Source: Emergencia sp. (GTDB lineage Bacteria > Bacillota > Clostridia > Peptostreptococcales > Anaerovoracaceae). From it: DNA of 24,000 nucleotides. The stretch lies in contig JAXKAR010000015.1 in assembly GCA_036305845.1 (NCBI GenBank), positions 9,674 through 33,673 of the forward strand, given 5' to 3'. Positions 1-8,495 of this stretch are shown piece after piece. How positions within the stretch are numbered: the first letter of the stretch is position 1; every line of letters starts with the position of its first letter. The notes under the pieces were generated by a model that searched no databases, had not been told where the DNA came from, and worked only from the letters and a program-made list of their open reading frames with translations. Made by a program: the position numbers and the translations under genes.

Positions 1-4
1 TCAG

Positions 5-343
5 ATGATTTTACCATCGCATCATAGTGACAACACCAAGGTGCAGACAAGTAGGACTGTCAATAAGTATGATGACCCTATAGCCTTTTATATGGACAAG
101 GAAAAAAAGAAGCTGCAGGAAATTGATGAGTGCATGGAGAAACGGGATGCGATTATAAAGGTTATAGAGTGCCTACAGAACCCTATGGAATATGATGTGA
201 TATTTATGCTCTATGTGTTAGGGCAAGGCGGTCAAACGGTTGCTCAGAGCCTTGACAGGTCATATTCATGGGTTACAAGTACACACAAGACCGCATTGCA
301 ACATATACAGGCAATATTAGATAGTAACAACGAGGATAAATAG
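5..343 (+). CDS. Small phage/ICE-associated protein with sigma-70 region 4-like helix-turn-helix; may start upstream of the window
   Basis: 112-aa ORF with C-terminal HTH-like stretch 'YDVIFMLYVLGQGGQTVAQSLDRSYSWVTSTHKTALQHIQAIL'. Small size and tight packing with other small ORFs is typical of prophage/ICE modules. Frame is open to the window edge. Confidence 0.5.
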   Translation: MILPSHHSDNTKVQTSRTVNKYDDPIAFYMDKEKKKLQEIDECMEKRDAIIKVIECLQNPMEYDVIFMLYVLGQGGQTVAQSLDRSYSWVTSTHKTALQHIQAILDSNNEDK

Positions 344-368
344 TATAAGCCTATGGGAAAATATTAAG

Positions 369-494
369 ATGGTTGGAATACCTGTAATAGAAAGGCTTGA
401 ATGGCTCGAAGAACAGGCGTATAATCTAATGCAGAGTGGTGGAACTATTGAAGAATATCAGGAAATCAATGAATTGATTGATATGTTAAGATAG
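369..494 (+). CDS. Hypothetical 41-aa protein in the phage-like small-ORF block
   Basis: ATG at 369, TAG at 492-494: MVGIPVIERLEWLEEQAYNLMQSGGTIEEYQEINELIDMLR. Fits tightly between the flanking small ORFs; not in the supplied ORF track because of its size. Confidence 0.35.
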   Translation: MVGIPVIERLEWLEEQAYNLMQSGGTIEEYQEINELIDMLR

Positions 495-497
495 GAT

Positions 498-698
498 GTG
501 ATGGATTTGGATGCACAAAAGATAGTTGAAAGAATAAGGAAAAAGGAAGAACTGGATGATGAATGGTTTGAAATATATGATGAAATCGTGCAGTTTCTGA
601 AGGAAGACCACCCTGAAGAAGAAAAGAAGGTGTTCAGACCTTTGGGGTATTTGGAAATGGTCAGCATGATGTGTGATGGCATTGAACAAAAGGAATAG
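498..698 (+). CDS. Hypothetical small acidic phage/ICE-like protein
   Basis: 66-aa ORF (GTG at 498 or ATG at 501) followed immediately by a hairpin plus T-run. Confidence 0.45.
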   Translation: MMDLDAQKIVERIRKKEELDDEWFEIYDEIVQFLKEDHPEEEKKVFRPLGYLEMVSMMCDGIEQKE

Positions 699-734
699 AA
701 AGCACTTTGCAGAGTAAATGCAGGGTGCTTTTTT
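699..734 (+). terminator. Rho-independent terminator after the small-ORF block
   Basis: AGCAC...GTGCT stem with internal TGCA pairing, followed by TTTTTT. Confidence 0.65.
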
Positions 735-766
735 CGTGTGAAAATACGTGCGATTTCACACGAAAA
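731..766. repeat. Perfect 13-bp inverted repeat with 10-nt loop
   Basis: TTTTCGTGTGAAA (731-743) / TTTCACACGAAAA (754-766). Confidence 0.8.
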
Positions 767-849
767 TTTATATCTTGGAACAGCTAATGCATAACTTTAG
801 TGTTAAAATAGTGTTAATTTTTTAGTTTTTTCTTAAAAATGAGCAAAAG

Positions 850-883
850 AAAACCGCTGAAATCGTTGAAAATCAGCGGTTTT
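850..883 (-). terminator. Terminator hairpin of the tRNA-Arg transcript
   Basis: AAAACCGCTGA (850-860) / TCAGCGGTTTT (873-883); minus strand reads into TTTTCTTTT. Confidence 0.75.
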
Positions 884-959
884 GGTGCGCCATGAGGGAC
901 TCGAACCCCCAACCTTCGCATTCGTAGTGCGCGACTCTATCCAATTGAGCTAATAGCGC
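883..959 (-). tRNA. tRNA-Arg (anticodon ACG), CCA encoded
   Basis: Minus strand GCGCTAT-TA-GCTC-AATTGGATA-GAGT-C-GCGCA-CTACGAA-TGCGA...GGGGG-TTCGAGT-CCCTC-ATGGCGC-ACCA. Acceptor stem, D-stem and T-stem pair (including G-T wobbles); anticodon loop CTACGAA gives ACG. One G-A mismatch at pair 27-43. Confidence 0.93.
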
Positions 960-983
960 CTGTACTGTTTTACGTACTGCATT

Positions 984-1012
984 ATTATATAAAATTTTAT
1001 TGCGTTTGTCAA
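984..1012 (-). promoter_or_regulatory. Consensus sigma-A promoter for tRNA-Arg
   Basis: Minus strand TTGACA-N17-TATAAT (plus strand ATTATA 984-989, TGTCAA 1007-1012). Confidence 0.85.
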
Positions 1013-1183
1013 TAAATATATCTCAATGAGTTGTAAAAAAGAATAATCACTGAAGTGAAAAGAATAATCTTGGTGTAGCCGGAAAAAGCAGAATCGGATT
1101 TCCCCTTCAATTATAGCTGGAATTTTCTATACTTTATCACGACGCTGTAAGGAAATCGTCAGCTTTAATTCATGCAAACTTTA

Positions 1184-1212
1184 TTGAAAAGAGTCGAAAA
1201 AAATGTTAAAAT
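1184..1212 (+). promoter_or_regulatory. Putative sigma-A promoter for the LCP gene
   Basis: TTGAAA-N17-TAAAAT. Confidence 0.5.
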
Positions 1213-1245
1213 AAATAAAATTATTTTGCGAAGGGGAACCGGGAA

Positions 1246-2505
1246 GTGAGAAGCAAGAAAAACAAAATAACCCAGGATTTTGATGGGATGAAATACAGTC
1301 CGGAGCTGATTCGGCAGTTATCTGACCCGGAGTATGCCAGAGAGGAAGAACGCTATGCCAGGCAGGCGCAGAGGCGGAAGAACAGTCGGTCAAACGCCTA
1401 TTATGACAGCGATCCGCAAGGTGTACAGACCGTTGGACGGCGTCAAAAACGAAAAGGCAAGGGCTCCGGTTCAGGCAAGAAGAAGTATAGATGGAGACCG
1501 GGAAAGTTGATTCGCAACCTGTTGATTTTATTGCTCATTGTTGCTATAGCGGGAACGGGCGTCTTTTACAGTCTCACCGGTAGCTTTGACAAGATCGATA
1601 CGGATCGGGATGGACTTGCGATTGATACCCAGGTGGCGGATGATTTGAGTGGGTACAGAAATATCGCAATATTGGGTGTAGATGCCCGTGCAGATGAGGG
1701 CTATGACGGCAGTCGAACTGATGCGATTATTATTTTGAGTATCAAAAAATCTAACGGTGAGATTAGAATGATTTCAGTGATGAGAGACTCATATTTGAAG
1801 ATGGATGACGGCAGTGGCAATCTGATTTTGGACAAGATTACCCATGCCCATGCTTTTGGCGGGGGAGAAAATACCATTCAGGCTCTTAACCGAAGCTTGG
1901 ATTTGAATATCGAGGAGTTTGTTATCTTTAACTGGAAGGCAGTAGCTGATGCGGTAGACTGCTTGGGCGGTATTGAGGTTGACGTAAAGGAAAGTGAGAT
2001 TAGCGATCTGAATACATGGGGACCGGAAACCGGGGACAATGTAGGTCGTCCATATACCGAAATTACGGAGACAGGCAAACAGACCTTGGATGGGGTACAG
2101 GCCACAACCTACTGCAGAATCAGAAAGAACAGCGGTGGTGATGCAGGACGAACCCAGAGATACAAGAAGGTTATGGCTGCCATGATGAAAAAGGCTATTT
2201 CTCAGCCTTGGAAATTGAGCAAACTTTCTGATGAAGTCTTTCCGAATATCAGAACAAACATGAGCCAGACAGAAATGTATACTGCAGCTATTCGCGCACC
2301 TTTCTACAATTTGGGTAAGAATGTGAGCTGGCCTGAAGACTATTATGCAGGGCTCTTAGGAGATATTTCCTATGTAGTACCGATTACCCTGGAAACCGAG
2401 GTCAAAAAACTGCACAAGGAAGCCTTTGATCAGGATAATTATACACCTTCTCTGACTTGCCAACAGATCAACGAAGAAATCATGTACAGCACAGGTATTT
2501 ATTAA
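1246..2505 (+). CDS. LytR-CpsA-Psr (LCP) family protein, cell-envelope glycopolymer transferase
   Basis: 419 aa, basic cytoplasmic N-terminus, one TM helix (LLILLLIVAIAGTGVFYSLTG), then LCP hallmarks 'NIAILGVDAR', 'GRSRTDAIIILSI'-like segment, 'MISVMRDSYLKM', 'KITHAHAFGG', 'GGIEVDV', 'GVQATTYCRIRKNSGGDAGRTQRYKKV'. GTG start. Confidence 0.92.
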   Translation: MRSKKNKITQDFDGMKYSPELIRQLSDPEYAREEERYARQAQRRKNSRSNAYYDSDPQGVQTVGRRQKRKGKGSGSGKKKYRWRPGKLIRNLLILLLIVAIAGTGVFYSLTGSFDKIDTDRDGLAIDTQVADDLSGYRNIAILGVDARADEGYDGSRTDAIIILSIKKSNGEIRMISVMRDSYLKMDDGSGNLILDKITHAHAFGGGENTIQALNRSLDLNIEEFVIFNWKAVADAVDCLGGIEVDVKESEISDLNTWGPETGDNVGRPYTEITETGKQTLDGVQATTYCRIRKNSGGDAGRTQRYKKVMAAMMKKAISQPWKLSKLSDEVFPNIRTNMSQTEMYTAAIRAPFYNLGKNVSWPEDYYAGLLGDISYVVPITLETEVKKLHKEAFDQDNYTPSLTCQQINEEIMYSTGIY

Positions 2506-2532
2506 GTAAAAACTGGAAACGCATAAACTATG

Positions 2533-2579
2533 ATGGACAGATTACCCAATCAGACGGTAATTTGTCCATTTTTATTTTT
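2533..2579 (+). terminator. Terminator downstream of the LCP gene
   Basis: ATGGACA-G-ATTACC / GGTAAT-T-TGTCCAT followed by TTTTATTTTT. Confidence 0.75.
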
Positions 2580-2646
2580 GAGGGAGAAGCATCCATTTCG
2601 CACATTTTCACGCGTTAAAGCGCTTTAGTGCCTAACAGTGTGAAAG

Positions 2647-2715
2647 CGTTGAAAATTCAAGATTTTATACTTTTGGATGAGAATGTACACCAAAAAAAAC
2701 ATTGAATTTTCAACG
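2647..2715. repeat. Perfect 14-bp inverted repeat flanking a 41-nt loop
   Basis: CGTTGAAAATTCAA (2647-2660) / TTGAATTTTCAACG (2702-2715). Confidence 0.8.
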
Positions 2716-2733
2716 AAAATCGCGCATTGGATA

Positions 2734-2762
2734 TTGACTTTGAATAGTCATGGGAGTAAGAT
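2734..2762 (+). promoter_or_regulatory. Putative sigma-A promoter of the polyferredoxin-PFOR-Nfn operon
   Basis: TTGACT-N17-TAAGAT. A short dyad TGACT-N6-AGTCA (2735-2750) overlaps the -35. Confidence 0.6.
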
Positions 2763-2828
2763 AAAATTGAAGTTGTATACAGAATATTTGAATAAAATCA
2801 AGTATATAAGGCAAAGGAGGAATTAGTT

Positions 2829-4091
2829 ATGAATGCAAAAATTCTTTCGCTTCTGCCAGGCGGAGATTGTTTCGGATGCGGGGGCTGTGGTAAAGCAACC
2901 TGTGCGGAATGTGCTGAAGCAATCGTAGCCGGCGAAAGTGTTGCACTCTGTCCTGCCTGCAATCAGGCGGATGTGGATGCAATCGCAGAGGCATTAGGAA
3001 GAACGACAGAAGAAGCAAAGGACCAGATCGCTTTTGTGGCCTGCAGCGGAAATGCAGCAGGGAAAGCCAGATTTGCCGGATGCAAATCCTGTGAGGAAGC
3101 CGTTGAAATGGGCTTTGTCAAAGGGGAATGTAAGGATGGCTGCGTAGGCTGCGGTTCCTGTGTCGCTTTCTGTAAGTTTGATGCAATGAAAGTGGTTGAC
3201 GGCGATGTGATCATCGATGCAGAAAAGTGCAACGGCTGTGGTGCATGTGCAGCGGCAGAAGCCTGTGTACAGGGTATCATCAAGATGGTGCCTCGTGATG
3301 CAACCAACTTCATCCCATGTTCCAATACAATGGAAGATGACGAAGAAGTCAGAAAGACTTGCGGTTTCGGCTGTATCGCCTGCAGTGACTGTGTAAGAGC
3401 CTGTCCGGAGGGTGCAGTGGAAATCATTGATAACCACGCTGTTATCGACTATGACAAGTGTGTGGGATGCGTTGCATGTACAGTAAAGTGCAAGAAGAAA
3501 ATTATTGTAGATACTATGCACGACCTGACCAAGCTGAAGGAAAAGGTCGCCTTTGTCAAATGTAGCGGAAGCAACGAATTCGCATATAAAGAAGCTGGAT
3601 TTGCAAGCTGTGCGGAAGCTGCTGCAAAAGCTGATCCGAAAGCAATGGGAATCTGTACTACAGGCTGTGCAGGTCAGGGAGACTGTGTAAAGGCTTGCCG
3701 CTACGGTGCTATCGAAGTCGTAAACGGAAGCGCACAGGTAGATCCTGATAAGTGCGTAGGATGTAAGGACTGCTACTACGCATGTCCAAAGAACCTGATC
3801 GAAATGGTTCCTTACAAAGGTGCAAAGATGGTTCCATGCAGTTCTACAGCAGATTATGAAGATAAGGCTGCCGTATGCGGAAGTGCATGTATTGCCTGCG
3901 AAGACTGCTTTGCAAACTGCCCGAACGGCGCAATACATATGGACGAAGCGCACGCAGTGATTGACCCTGAACTTTGTGAAAACTGTCAGGTTTGCCAATA
4001 TATGTGCCAGAGAGGCGTAATTAAGGAAAGAGAAGTTCCTGAATATAACTACTTGCAGAGAGCCGCTCTTGGCATCAGGGAAGGAGAGTGA
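2829..4091 (+). CDS. RnfB-like polyferredoxin with multiple [4Fe-4S] motifs
   Basis: 420 aa. N-terminus 'LLPGGDCFGCGGCGKATCAECAEAI' resembles the RnfB Fe-S domain, followed by many CxxCxxCxxxC ferredoxin motifs (about 49 Cys by hand count). AGGAGG upstream of the ATG. Confidence 0.85.
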   Translation: MNAKILSLLPGGDCFGCGGCGKATCAECAEAIVAGESVALCPACNQADVDAIAEALGRTTEEAKDQIAFVACSGNAAGKARFAGCKSCEEAVEMGFVKGECKDGCVGCGSCVAFCKFDAMKVVDGDVIIDAEKCNGCGACAAAEACVQGIIKMVPRDATNFIPCSNTMEDDEEVRKTCGFGCIACSDCVRACPEGAVEIIDNHAVIDYDKCVGCVACTVKCKKKIIVDTMHDLTKLKEKVAFVKCSGSNEFAYKEAGFASCAEAAAKADPKAMGICTTGCAGQGDCVKACRYGAIEVVNGSAQVDPDKCVGCKDCYYACPKNLIEMVPYKGAKMVPCSSTADYEDKAAVCGSACIACEDCFANCPNGAIHMDEAHAVIDPELCENCQVCQYMCQRGVIKEREVPEYNYLQRAALGIREGE

Positions 4092-4096
4092 TTACG

Positions 4097-7000
4097 GTGA
4101 GAAAATTAAAGACAATGGACGGAAACACGGCTGCAGCTCATGTTGCATACGCATTCTCTGAGGTTGCCGCTATTTACCCAATCACCCCATCCTCACCAAT
4201 GGCAGAGAGTATGGACGAATGGGTGTCCCAGGATAGAACCAATATTTTTGGAGAAAAAGTTAAAATCGTAGAAATGGAATCTGAAGCAGGTGCTGCAGGT
4301 GCTGTACACGGCTCTATTACAGCCGGTTCTTACACCTCCACTTTTACCGCTTCTCAGGGACTTCTCCTGATGATTCCAAACATGTATAAATTAGCAGGTG
4401 AACAGACGCCTACAGTATTCCATGTAGCAGCAAGAGCCCTGGCTACTCATGCGCTTTCCATTTTCGGTGACCATTCCGACGTTATGGGATGCCGTCAGAC
4501 AGGCTTTGCTATGTTAGCGTCTAACAGCGTGCAGCAGTCTATGGACCTTGCGGCAGTAGCTCACCTTGCTACAATCGCAGGCAAGCTGCCTATGCTTCAT
4601 TTCTTCGATGGTTTCAGAACTTCCCACGAAAATCAGAAGATTGAAATCTGGGATTATGAAGACCTGAAAGAAATGGTAGACTGGGATGCAGTAAAGGCAT
4701 TCAAGGCTCGCTCCATCCATCCAATGCATCCACATAGCATGGGTTCTGCAGAGCAGCCTGAGACCTTCTTCCAGCATAGAGAAGCATGCAACAGCGCGTA
4801 TCTGGAGACTGCTGATCTGGTTAACGAATACATGGAAAAGGTTAACGCGAAAATCGGCACAGACTACAAGCCGTTCAACTACTATGGCGCACCTGATGCA
4901 ACAGAAGTGATCGTAGCTATGGGTTCCGTTTGCGACGCAGCAGAGGAACTGGTAGATTACCTGACAGCACAGGGCAAGAAGGTAGGTATCATCGAAGTAC
5001 ATCTTTACAGACCGTTCTCCGTAAAATACCTGCTGAATGTTATGCCTGATACCGTAAAGAAGATTGCTGTTCTCGACAGAACAAAAGAACCGGGCGGTCT
5101 GGGAGAACCTTTATTCCTGGACGTTGTTGCTGCACTGCGCGGCACCAAGTTCGAAAACTGTCTGGTTGTAGGCGGTCGTTACGGACTGGGCTCCAAAGAT
5201 ACTCAGCCGGGAGATATCCTTGCTGTATATCAGAACCTGTGGGCAGACGAACCAAAGAAAGAATTCACCATTTCCATCACGGACGATGTAACCGGTCTGT
5301 CCCTGCCAACAATAGAAAATCCTGATGTTGCTCCTGCAGGCACTAAGGCTTGTAAGTTCTGGGGTCTGGGCGCTGACGGTACAGTTGGTGCAAATAAGAA
5401 CAGCGTAAAGATTATTGGTGACCACACAGATAAGAAGGTTCAGGCGTACTTCCAGTATGACTCCAAGAAATCCGGCGGTGTAACCATTTCCCACCTGAGA
5501 TTTGGAGACGAACCAATCAAGTCTACCTATTATGTAAAACAGGCTGACTTTGTTGCCTGCCATAACTCTGCTTATCTGCAGCGTTACGATATGGTAGAAG
5601 ACGTAAAACCGGGCGGATTCTTCCTGCTGAACTGTGTATGGAGCGACGAAGAATTAGAGGAACATCTTCCTGCAAAGGTTAAGAGATATATTGCAAAGAA
5701 CAATGTACAGTTCTATACCTGCGATGCGGTTTCCATTGCTAAGGAAATCGGTCTGGGCGCAAGAAGAACAAACTCCGTTCTTCAGGCTGCATTCTTTAAA
5801 CTTGCCGACATTATTCCAATCGATGAAGCAGTCGGCTACATGAAGGACGCAATCAAGAAGACTTACGGCAAAAAGGGTGAAGCCATCGTTAATATGAACC
5901 TGGCTGCCGTTGACGCCGGCGTAGCAAATGTACATAAGGTAGATGTACCTGCCGCATGGGCTGACGCACCGGATGATGCACCAGCGCCTAAGATGGTAGG
6001 TCGTGATCAGGTGCATACAGATTATCTGAATAACATTCTGCATCCGACAAATACCTTAACGGGTGATGCAGTTCCGGTTTCTATTTTCCAGGATACTGCC
6101 AACGGTATGATTCCGGCTGGTACAGCTGCTTACGAAAAGAGAGGTATCGCAACAGACATCCCTGTTTGGAATAAAGACAACTGTATGCAGTGTAACTGGT
6201 GTTCCTACGTCTGTCCGCACGGTGTAATCAGACCGTTTGTTATGGATGAAACAGAAGTTTCCGGCGTAAACGGCGATTACCTGAAGATGAAGGGCGTTAA
6301 GGGCAAATTCTTCACTCTGGGCATTTCTGCTCTGGACTGCACAGGCTGCGGCTCTTGCGCACAGGTTTGCCCGGCAAGAAAGAAAGCACTGGAAATCGTT
6401 CCGGCAGAAAACGATGTGGTTCTTCCTGCACAGGAAAAATACGATTACTTATTCGCAAATGTGAACGAAAAAGAAGTTCCATTCAAGGCAAATACAGTCA
6501 AAGGCTCCCAGTTCAAGCAGCCTCTGCTTGAGTTCTCCGGCGCTTGTCCGGGATGTGGAGAGTCTCCATATGCAAAACTGGTTACGCAGCTCTTTGGCGA
6601 AAGAATGTTTATCGCCAATGCAACAGGATGCTCCTCCATTTGGGGCTGTTCCGCACCGAGCACACCTTATACAGTAAACAAAGAAGGCAGAGGTCCGGCT
6701 TGGGCTAACTCCCTCTTCGAAGATAACGCTGAATTTGGTTTGGGTATGGCAATTTCCATGCAGGCAAGAAGAGCTGAACTGAAATCCGCAGTTGAAAGAG
6801 TTGCAGATACAGTAGGTGTTCCGGCAAAGGCATGGTTGGCTTCCATGGATGATGCAGAAGCAGCAGAAGAAACCGGCAAGATTTTGGCAGATGCCTGCGA
6901 AAAGATTGCGGATCAGAATGCTGATGCAAAATATGTAGTAGAAAACAAAGATATGCTGATTAAACCGTCCATGTGGATCTTTGGCGGTGACGGATGGGCA

Positions 7001-7621
7001 TACGATATCGGTTACGGCGGTCTGGACCACGTACTGGCTTCCGGAGAAAACGTAAACGTTATGGTATTCGATACCGAAGTTTACTCCAATACCGGCGGAC
7101 AGTCATCCAAAGCTACGCCTATCGGTGCAGTCGCTAAGTTTGCGGCTTCCGGTAAGAATGTAAAGAAGAAAGACCTGGCACAGATTGCTATGGCTTACGG
7201 ATATGTATATGTAGCACAGATTGCTATGGGTGCAAATCCTGAGCAGACTCTGAAGGCAATCAGAGAAGCTGAGGCTTATGATGGACCTTCCCTGATTATC
7301 GCATATGCGCCTTGTATCAACCAGGGTCTGAAGGTTGGCATGAACAAGGCCATGTTAGAGATGAAGAACGCAGTTCGCGCCGGTTACTGGAACCTGCTTA
7401 GATTCAATCCTGTTCTGGCAGCAGAAGGTAAGAATCCACTTTCCATCGACAGCGGCGAACCAAGCGAAAATTACAGAGACTTCCTGATGAGCGAAGTTCG
7501 TTACAACTCCCTGCAGCTGAAGTTCCCTGAAAGAGCAGAAGAACTGTTCAGAAAGTCCGAAGAAATGGCTATGGACAGATACGCACATCTGCAGAATCAG
7601 AAGAAGAGCTACGATAATTAG
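4097..7621 (+). CDS. nifJ: Pyruvate:ferredoxin (flavodoxin) oxidoreductase, single-chain
   Basis: About 1174 aa. 'YAFSEVAAIYPITPSSPMAE', 'GAAGAVHGSITAGSYTSTFTASQGLLLMIPNMYKLAGE', ferredoxin motifs 'CMQCNWCSYVCPHG' and 'CTGCGSCAQVCPA', TPP region 'GCSSIWG...GRGPAWANSLFEDNAEFG', 'VFDTEVYSNTGGQSSK'. The in-frame GTG at 4097 is 8 nt from AAGGAGAG; the track ORF starts at GTG 4088. Confidence 0.97.
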   Translation: MRKLKTMDGNTAAAHVAYAFSEVAAIYPITPSSPMAESMDEWVSQDRTNIFGEKVKIVEMESEAGAAGAVHGSITAGSYTSTFTASQGLLLMIPNMYKLAGEQTPTVFHVAARALATHALSIFGDHSDVMGCRQTGFAMLASNSVQQSMDLAAVAHLATIAGKLPMLHFFDGFRTSHENQKIEIWDYEDLKEMVDWDAVKAFKARSIHPMHPHSMGSAEQPETFFQHREACNSAYLETADLVNEYMEKVNAKIGTDYKPFNYYGAPDATEVIVAMGSVCDAAEELVDYLTAQGKKVGIIEVHLYRPFSVKYLLNVMPDTVKKIAVLDRTKEPGGLGEPLFLDVVAALRGTKFENCLVVGGRYGLGSKDTQPGDILAVYQNLWADEPKKEFTISITDDVTGLSLPTIENPDVAPAGTKACKFWGLGADGTVGANKNSVKIIGDHTDKKVQAYFQYDSKKSGGVTISHLRFGDEPIKSTYYVKQADFVACHNSAYLQRYDMVEDVKPGGFFLLNCVWSDEELEEHLPAKVKRYIAKNNVQFYTCDAVSIAKEIGLGARRTNSVLQAAFFKLADIIPIDEAVGYMKDAIKKTYGKKGEAIVNMNLAAVDAGVANVHKVDVPAAWADAPDDAPAPKMVGRDQVHTDYLNNILHPTNTLTGDAVPVSIFQDTANGMIPAGTAAYEKRGIATDIPVWNKDNCMQCNWCSYVCPHGVIRPFVMDETEVSGVNGDYLKMKGVKGKFFTLGISALDCTGCGSCAQVCPARKKALEIVPAENDVVLPAQEKYDYLFANVNEKEVPFKANTVKGSQFKQPLLEFSGACPGCGESPYAKLVTQLFGERMFIANATGCSSIWGCSAPSTPYTVNKEGRGPAWANSLFEDNAEFGLGMAISMQARRAELKSAVERVADTVGVPAKAWLASMDDAEAAEETGKILADACEKIADQNADAKYVVENKDMLIKPSMWIFGGDGWAYDIGYGGLDHVLASGENVNVMVFDTEVYSNTGGQSSKATPIGAVAKFAASGKNVKKKDLAQIAMAYGYVYVAQIAMGANPEQTLKAIREAEAYDGPSLIIAYAPCINQGLKVGMNKAMLEMKNAVRAGYWNLLRFNPVLAAEGKNPLSIDSGEPSENYRDFLMSEVRYNSLQLKFPERAEELFRKSEEMAMDRYAHLQNQKKSYDN

Positions 7622-7640
7622 GAAAGGAGGATGAAGAGTA

Positions 7641-8495
7641 ATGAAAATGTTTGAAGTAACATACAAAAGAAGACTGAATGACAACATGGTATGGCTGAAA
7701 ATCTATGCGCCTCTGGTAGCAAGAAAAGCAAGACCGGGTCAGTTCATCATCCTTCGTACTGATGAATACGGTGAGAGAATCCCTCTCACCATGGCCGGCC
7801 ACAACGAAGAGGACGGCACAATTGACCTGATTTATGCAGCAGTAGGCAGAACGACCATGCTGATGGATCAGCTTGAAGTAGGTGACTGCCTGGCTGATGT
7901 TGTAGGACCACTGGGAAAACCGACTCATATGGACGGTTTGAAGAAGGTCTGCGTAGTGGGCGGCGGCACAGGAAATGCACTGGCTTACCCACTGGCAACC
8001 GGTATGCATGACCATGGTGTAGAAACTGTTATGATTGAAGGTTTCAAAACTAAAGATCTGGTAATTTTGGAAGATGAATTCCGTGCAGGTGTAGATAAGC
8101 TCTACGTCATGACCGATGACGGCTCCTATGGAGAAAAGGGTTTCACCACTGCTAAGCTGGAAGAATTAATTCAGGCTGGCGAGAAGTTTGACGAAGTCAT
8201 CGCTGTAGGACCACCGATGATGATGAAGTTCACTTGCCAGATTGCAGAAAAATATGGCATTCATTCTGTTGCGTCTCTCACTGCATATATGATTGACGGA
8301 ACCGGTATGTGCGGCGGATGTCGCTGCAATATCGGCGGTGAAGACAAGTTCGTATGTGTGGACGGACCTGAATTTGACGGCGCCCTGGTTGACTGGGATG
8401 AGCTGATTCAGAGAAGCGCATATTACTCTGATCAGGAAGCAGAAGACAGAGCGCATGTATGCCGCTTGACAGGAGGTGTTCGTTACCATGATTAA
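7641..8495 (+). CDS. nfnA: NfnA-like subunit (ferredoxin-NADP+ oxidoreductase / sulfide dehydrogenase FAD-NAD(P) subunit)
   Basis: 284 aa. 'RPGQFIILR', 'ERIPLTMAG', C-terminal 2Fe-2S motif 'DGTGMCGGCRCNIGGEDKFVCVDGPEFDGALVDWDEL'. Directly upstream of the NfnB homolog. Confidence 0.88.
   Translation: MKMFEVTYKRRLNDNMVWLKIYAPLVARKARPGQFIILRTDEYGERIPLTMAGHNEEDGTIDLIYAAVGRTTMLMDQLEVGDCLADVVGPLGKPTHMDGLKKVCVVGGGTGNALAYPLATGMHDHGVETVMIEGFKTKDLVILEDEFRAGVDKLYVMTDDGSYGEKGFTTAKLEELIQAGEKFDEVIAVGPPMMMKFTCQIAEKYGIHSVASLTAYMIDGTGMCGGCRCNIGGEDKFVCVDGPEFDGALVDWDELIQRSAYYSDQEAEDRAHVCRLTGGVRYHD

Noticed and set aside
2994-3998. 334-aa minus-strand ORF antisense to the polyferredoxin gene
   Set aside because: Cys/Ser/Phe-rich shadow ORF produced by the high-GC, codon-biased plus-strand gene; no RBS or family motif, and the opposite strand is clearly coding.
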